In this document: in pieces, positions 1-64,000 of the stretch | Layout: every line of letters starts with the position of its first letter | Numbering within the stretch: position 1 is the stretch's first letter | From: the human T2T-CHM13v2.0 reference genome, Homo sapiens | Length of the DNA: 64,000 nucleotides | NCBI RefSeq assembly: GCF_009914755.1 | Contig: NC_060927.1 | Direction: 5' to 3' (one strand) | Position numbers and translations under genes: made by a program | The notes under the pieces: model-generated | The model's database searches: none | What the model was told of the DNA's origin: nothing | Seen by the model: only the letters and a program-made list of their open reading frames with translations

Positions 1-26
1 ACAGGCATGAGCCGCTGAGTCTGGCC

Positions 27-2195
<2,169 letters not shown>

Positions 2196-2278
2196 TTTTA
2201 AAACTTATTTTTGATTCCCTGCTTTGGGAATCAAACTCAGTTTTATAACTGAGGTTATTCTTCCCTTCTCTTTTTAAG

Positions 2279-61339
<59,061 letters not shown>

Positions 61340-61511
61340 AGCTTCCTGTTTACACTTGGAGGGAAAAGTTCTTTTTTATTCCTACTCACCCCTACCCCCC
61401 AAACTACCCTCTTCCTGGGAAAGTAATTGCTGAGCCAGTACAGCCACAAACAGTACTATTTTGCAGATGCTCATGTAAGCAGCTTTTCGAGAGAAATAAT
61501 TCTTTAAGCAG

Positions 61512-61517
61512 AATAAA
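61512..61517 (+). terminator. Candidate proximal poly(A) signal AATAAA
   Basis: Hexamer with TGTA upstream (61475); use not shown by sequence. Confidence 0.35.
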
Positions 61518-62248
61518 GTTAGGCTGGCATTGCTCCCTTAAGATCTTGCTCCTTTATTAACCCTGTAAAGGAGTCTTGTTTATCCTCTAATGGCCAGGCT
61601 TTTGGGACAGCAGCATATTGAAATATTTTCACCAACTAAAGGAAATAGACAGAAAAACAATGACAATATTCAATCACAGCAGTAAATGGCCTTTGTGTTG
61701 CAATCCCTTCTACCCCATCAGACAGCTCCTAGAAACATTCCTTACAGTTCATTTCTCTAAAGCATTTTCTGATTCTTAGATAACTCCAATTTTTGCTACC
61801 TTTATCTTAGACATTAACACTATAGCCCAAAGCATAGTTACTTTGCTAAATCAGAAAGCAACTGAGTTCTTTGTTTTCTCCTCAAATAGAATGGGGAACG
61901 TTCACAACATTCTCTTAAGTTCTAACAGGAATACCATTGTGGTTATAGAACTCAGGGCTGCTAAAGCAACTACTCTAGACCCATAGTTCTTTTTAGTTAG
62001 ATGTATTGAAACAGACAAAAATATTAACATCAGAAAAAGCTCTTGCCAATTAGAGGATCTTCTTAATCCTCAGCAATTAAGTTTGGGGTTTGAGGGGGGC
62101 AGGTCATTGTTACAACAGAAGTAAATTTGGCATCTATAGAAATCAATTATGATTTTTGAAAGATTTATCTAAATATATCAATATAGCATCTCTTTAATGT
62201 TAGTCATTTATTAGAAAGATCCTTTATCCTGATTTGCTTAAACCTTTC

Positions 62249-62254
62249 AATAAA
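62249..62254 (+). terminator. Candidate poly(A) signal AATAAA
   Basis: Hexamer only. Confidence 0.35.
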
Positions 62255-62318
62255 TTGCACTTTAAAGGATTATAAATAATCCATTTAAAAATTCAAGTAC
62301 ACACATCAGTGTTGGTTA

Positions 62319-62360
62319 CTATGCAGAGAATGTCATTGTGTATAGTTTCATGTAATCTGT
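62319..62360 (+). repeat. 42-nt dispersed direct repeat, copy 2 (distal 3' UTR)
   Basis: 36/42 identical to 60847-60888. Confidence 0.9.
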
Positions 62361-62379
62361 TATGTCAGCTGTATTTTTT

Positions 62380-62412
62380 ATTAAAATCATGTCAAGAAAA
62401 CGTGTTGTCTGT
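62380..62412 (+). terminator. Probable distal poly(A) signal ATTAAA with downstream GU-rich element
   Basis: Upstream TGTA motifs and T-rich run, ATTAAA 62380-62385, cgtgttgtctgt about 16 nt later. Confidence 0.65.
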
Positions 62413-62921
62413 AGCTTGACAAGATATTTCAAATGAGAACTTTTTGTAGCGTCTGTTGTTAGCAAAGAATAGATTCACACAGTCTAAGGTTTCCTTCCTA
62501 CCTATCCTGTCTCTTATTCTTTTGTGTCTCACTTTTCCTCTAAGAACTAAAAATCCTGCCTTGCTACTTAAATTAGGTACCACCTATATGCTTCTCTAAC
62601 TAATTTAAACCCATCTTTTCCATCTCAGCTTCTGGAGGGCAGTATTTGACAGAATATCTGATCTTTGGAAATGGGAAAAACAACTGATATAAACTTTGCC
62701 ATAATTTTAAAGAGAATGCTATTAGAATTAGGCATTTGGAGAGTCTGTGGAGAAGTTCCTGTTTCAAGTGTGATGCAACCTAGGTGATTACCTGATGGAG
62801 GCTTGTGAGGCCTGAGTCCTTCTGAAGTCAGTTTTGCTGACTATTCTGGATAGTTCAGATATATGAATACAAACAGGTAATGGTCTTGTACAGTATCAGC
62901 TTATTTTCCACATGGAACTAA

Positions 62922-63682
<761 letters not shown>

Positions 63683-63720
63683 CCCAGCCAATTCTTTCAA
63701 TATAAAAATACAATAGTCAT

Positions 63721-64000
<280 letters not shown>

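Larger units (their letters stand above)
61340..62400 (+). other. PXK: PXK 3' UTR (end approximate)
   Basis: AT-rich, repeat-free sequence after the stop; ends at ATTAAA 62380 with a GT-rich element at 62401-62412. Confidence 0.75.

Overview
Primate, almost certainly human, genomic DNA that is Alu-rich (roughly 45 Alu copies or fragments). It carries the + strand gene PXK (PX-domain pseudokinase, MONaKA) from coding exon 2 to the 3' UTR; exon 1 and the promoter lie upstream of the window. Seventeen GT-AG exons (2279-61339) splice in frame into a PX domain, a degenerate kinase fold, a basic coiled region, a Ser/Pro linker, poly-Pro and a WH2 motif. With the 34 codons I recall for exon 1 this totals 578 aa. 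Introns hold Alus, old L1/HAL1, L2, MIR, MER5/MER6/MER20 and nested LTRs. The most interesting region is the last intron and last exon (about 56.8-62.4 kb). It contains a 33-nt stop-containing exon with a neural-type splicing motif set, several other candidate cassette exons, a terminal exon open in all three frames, and a 42-nt non-transposon element duplicated on either side of the last coding segment with pairing-preserving changes. Six of 17 acceptors are AAG. Repeat subfamily names, repeat boundaries and comparisons with the reference protein come from recognition or memory, not from searches.
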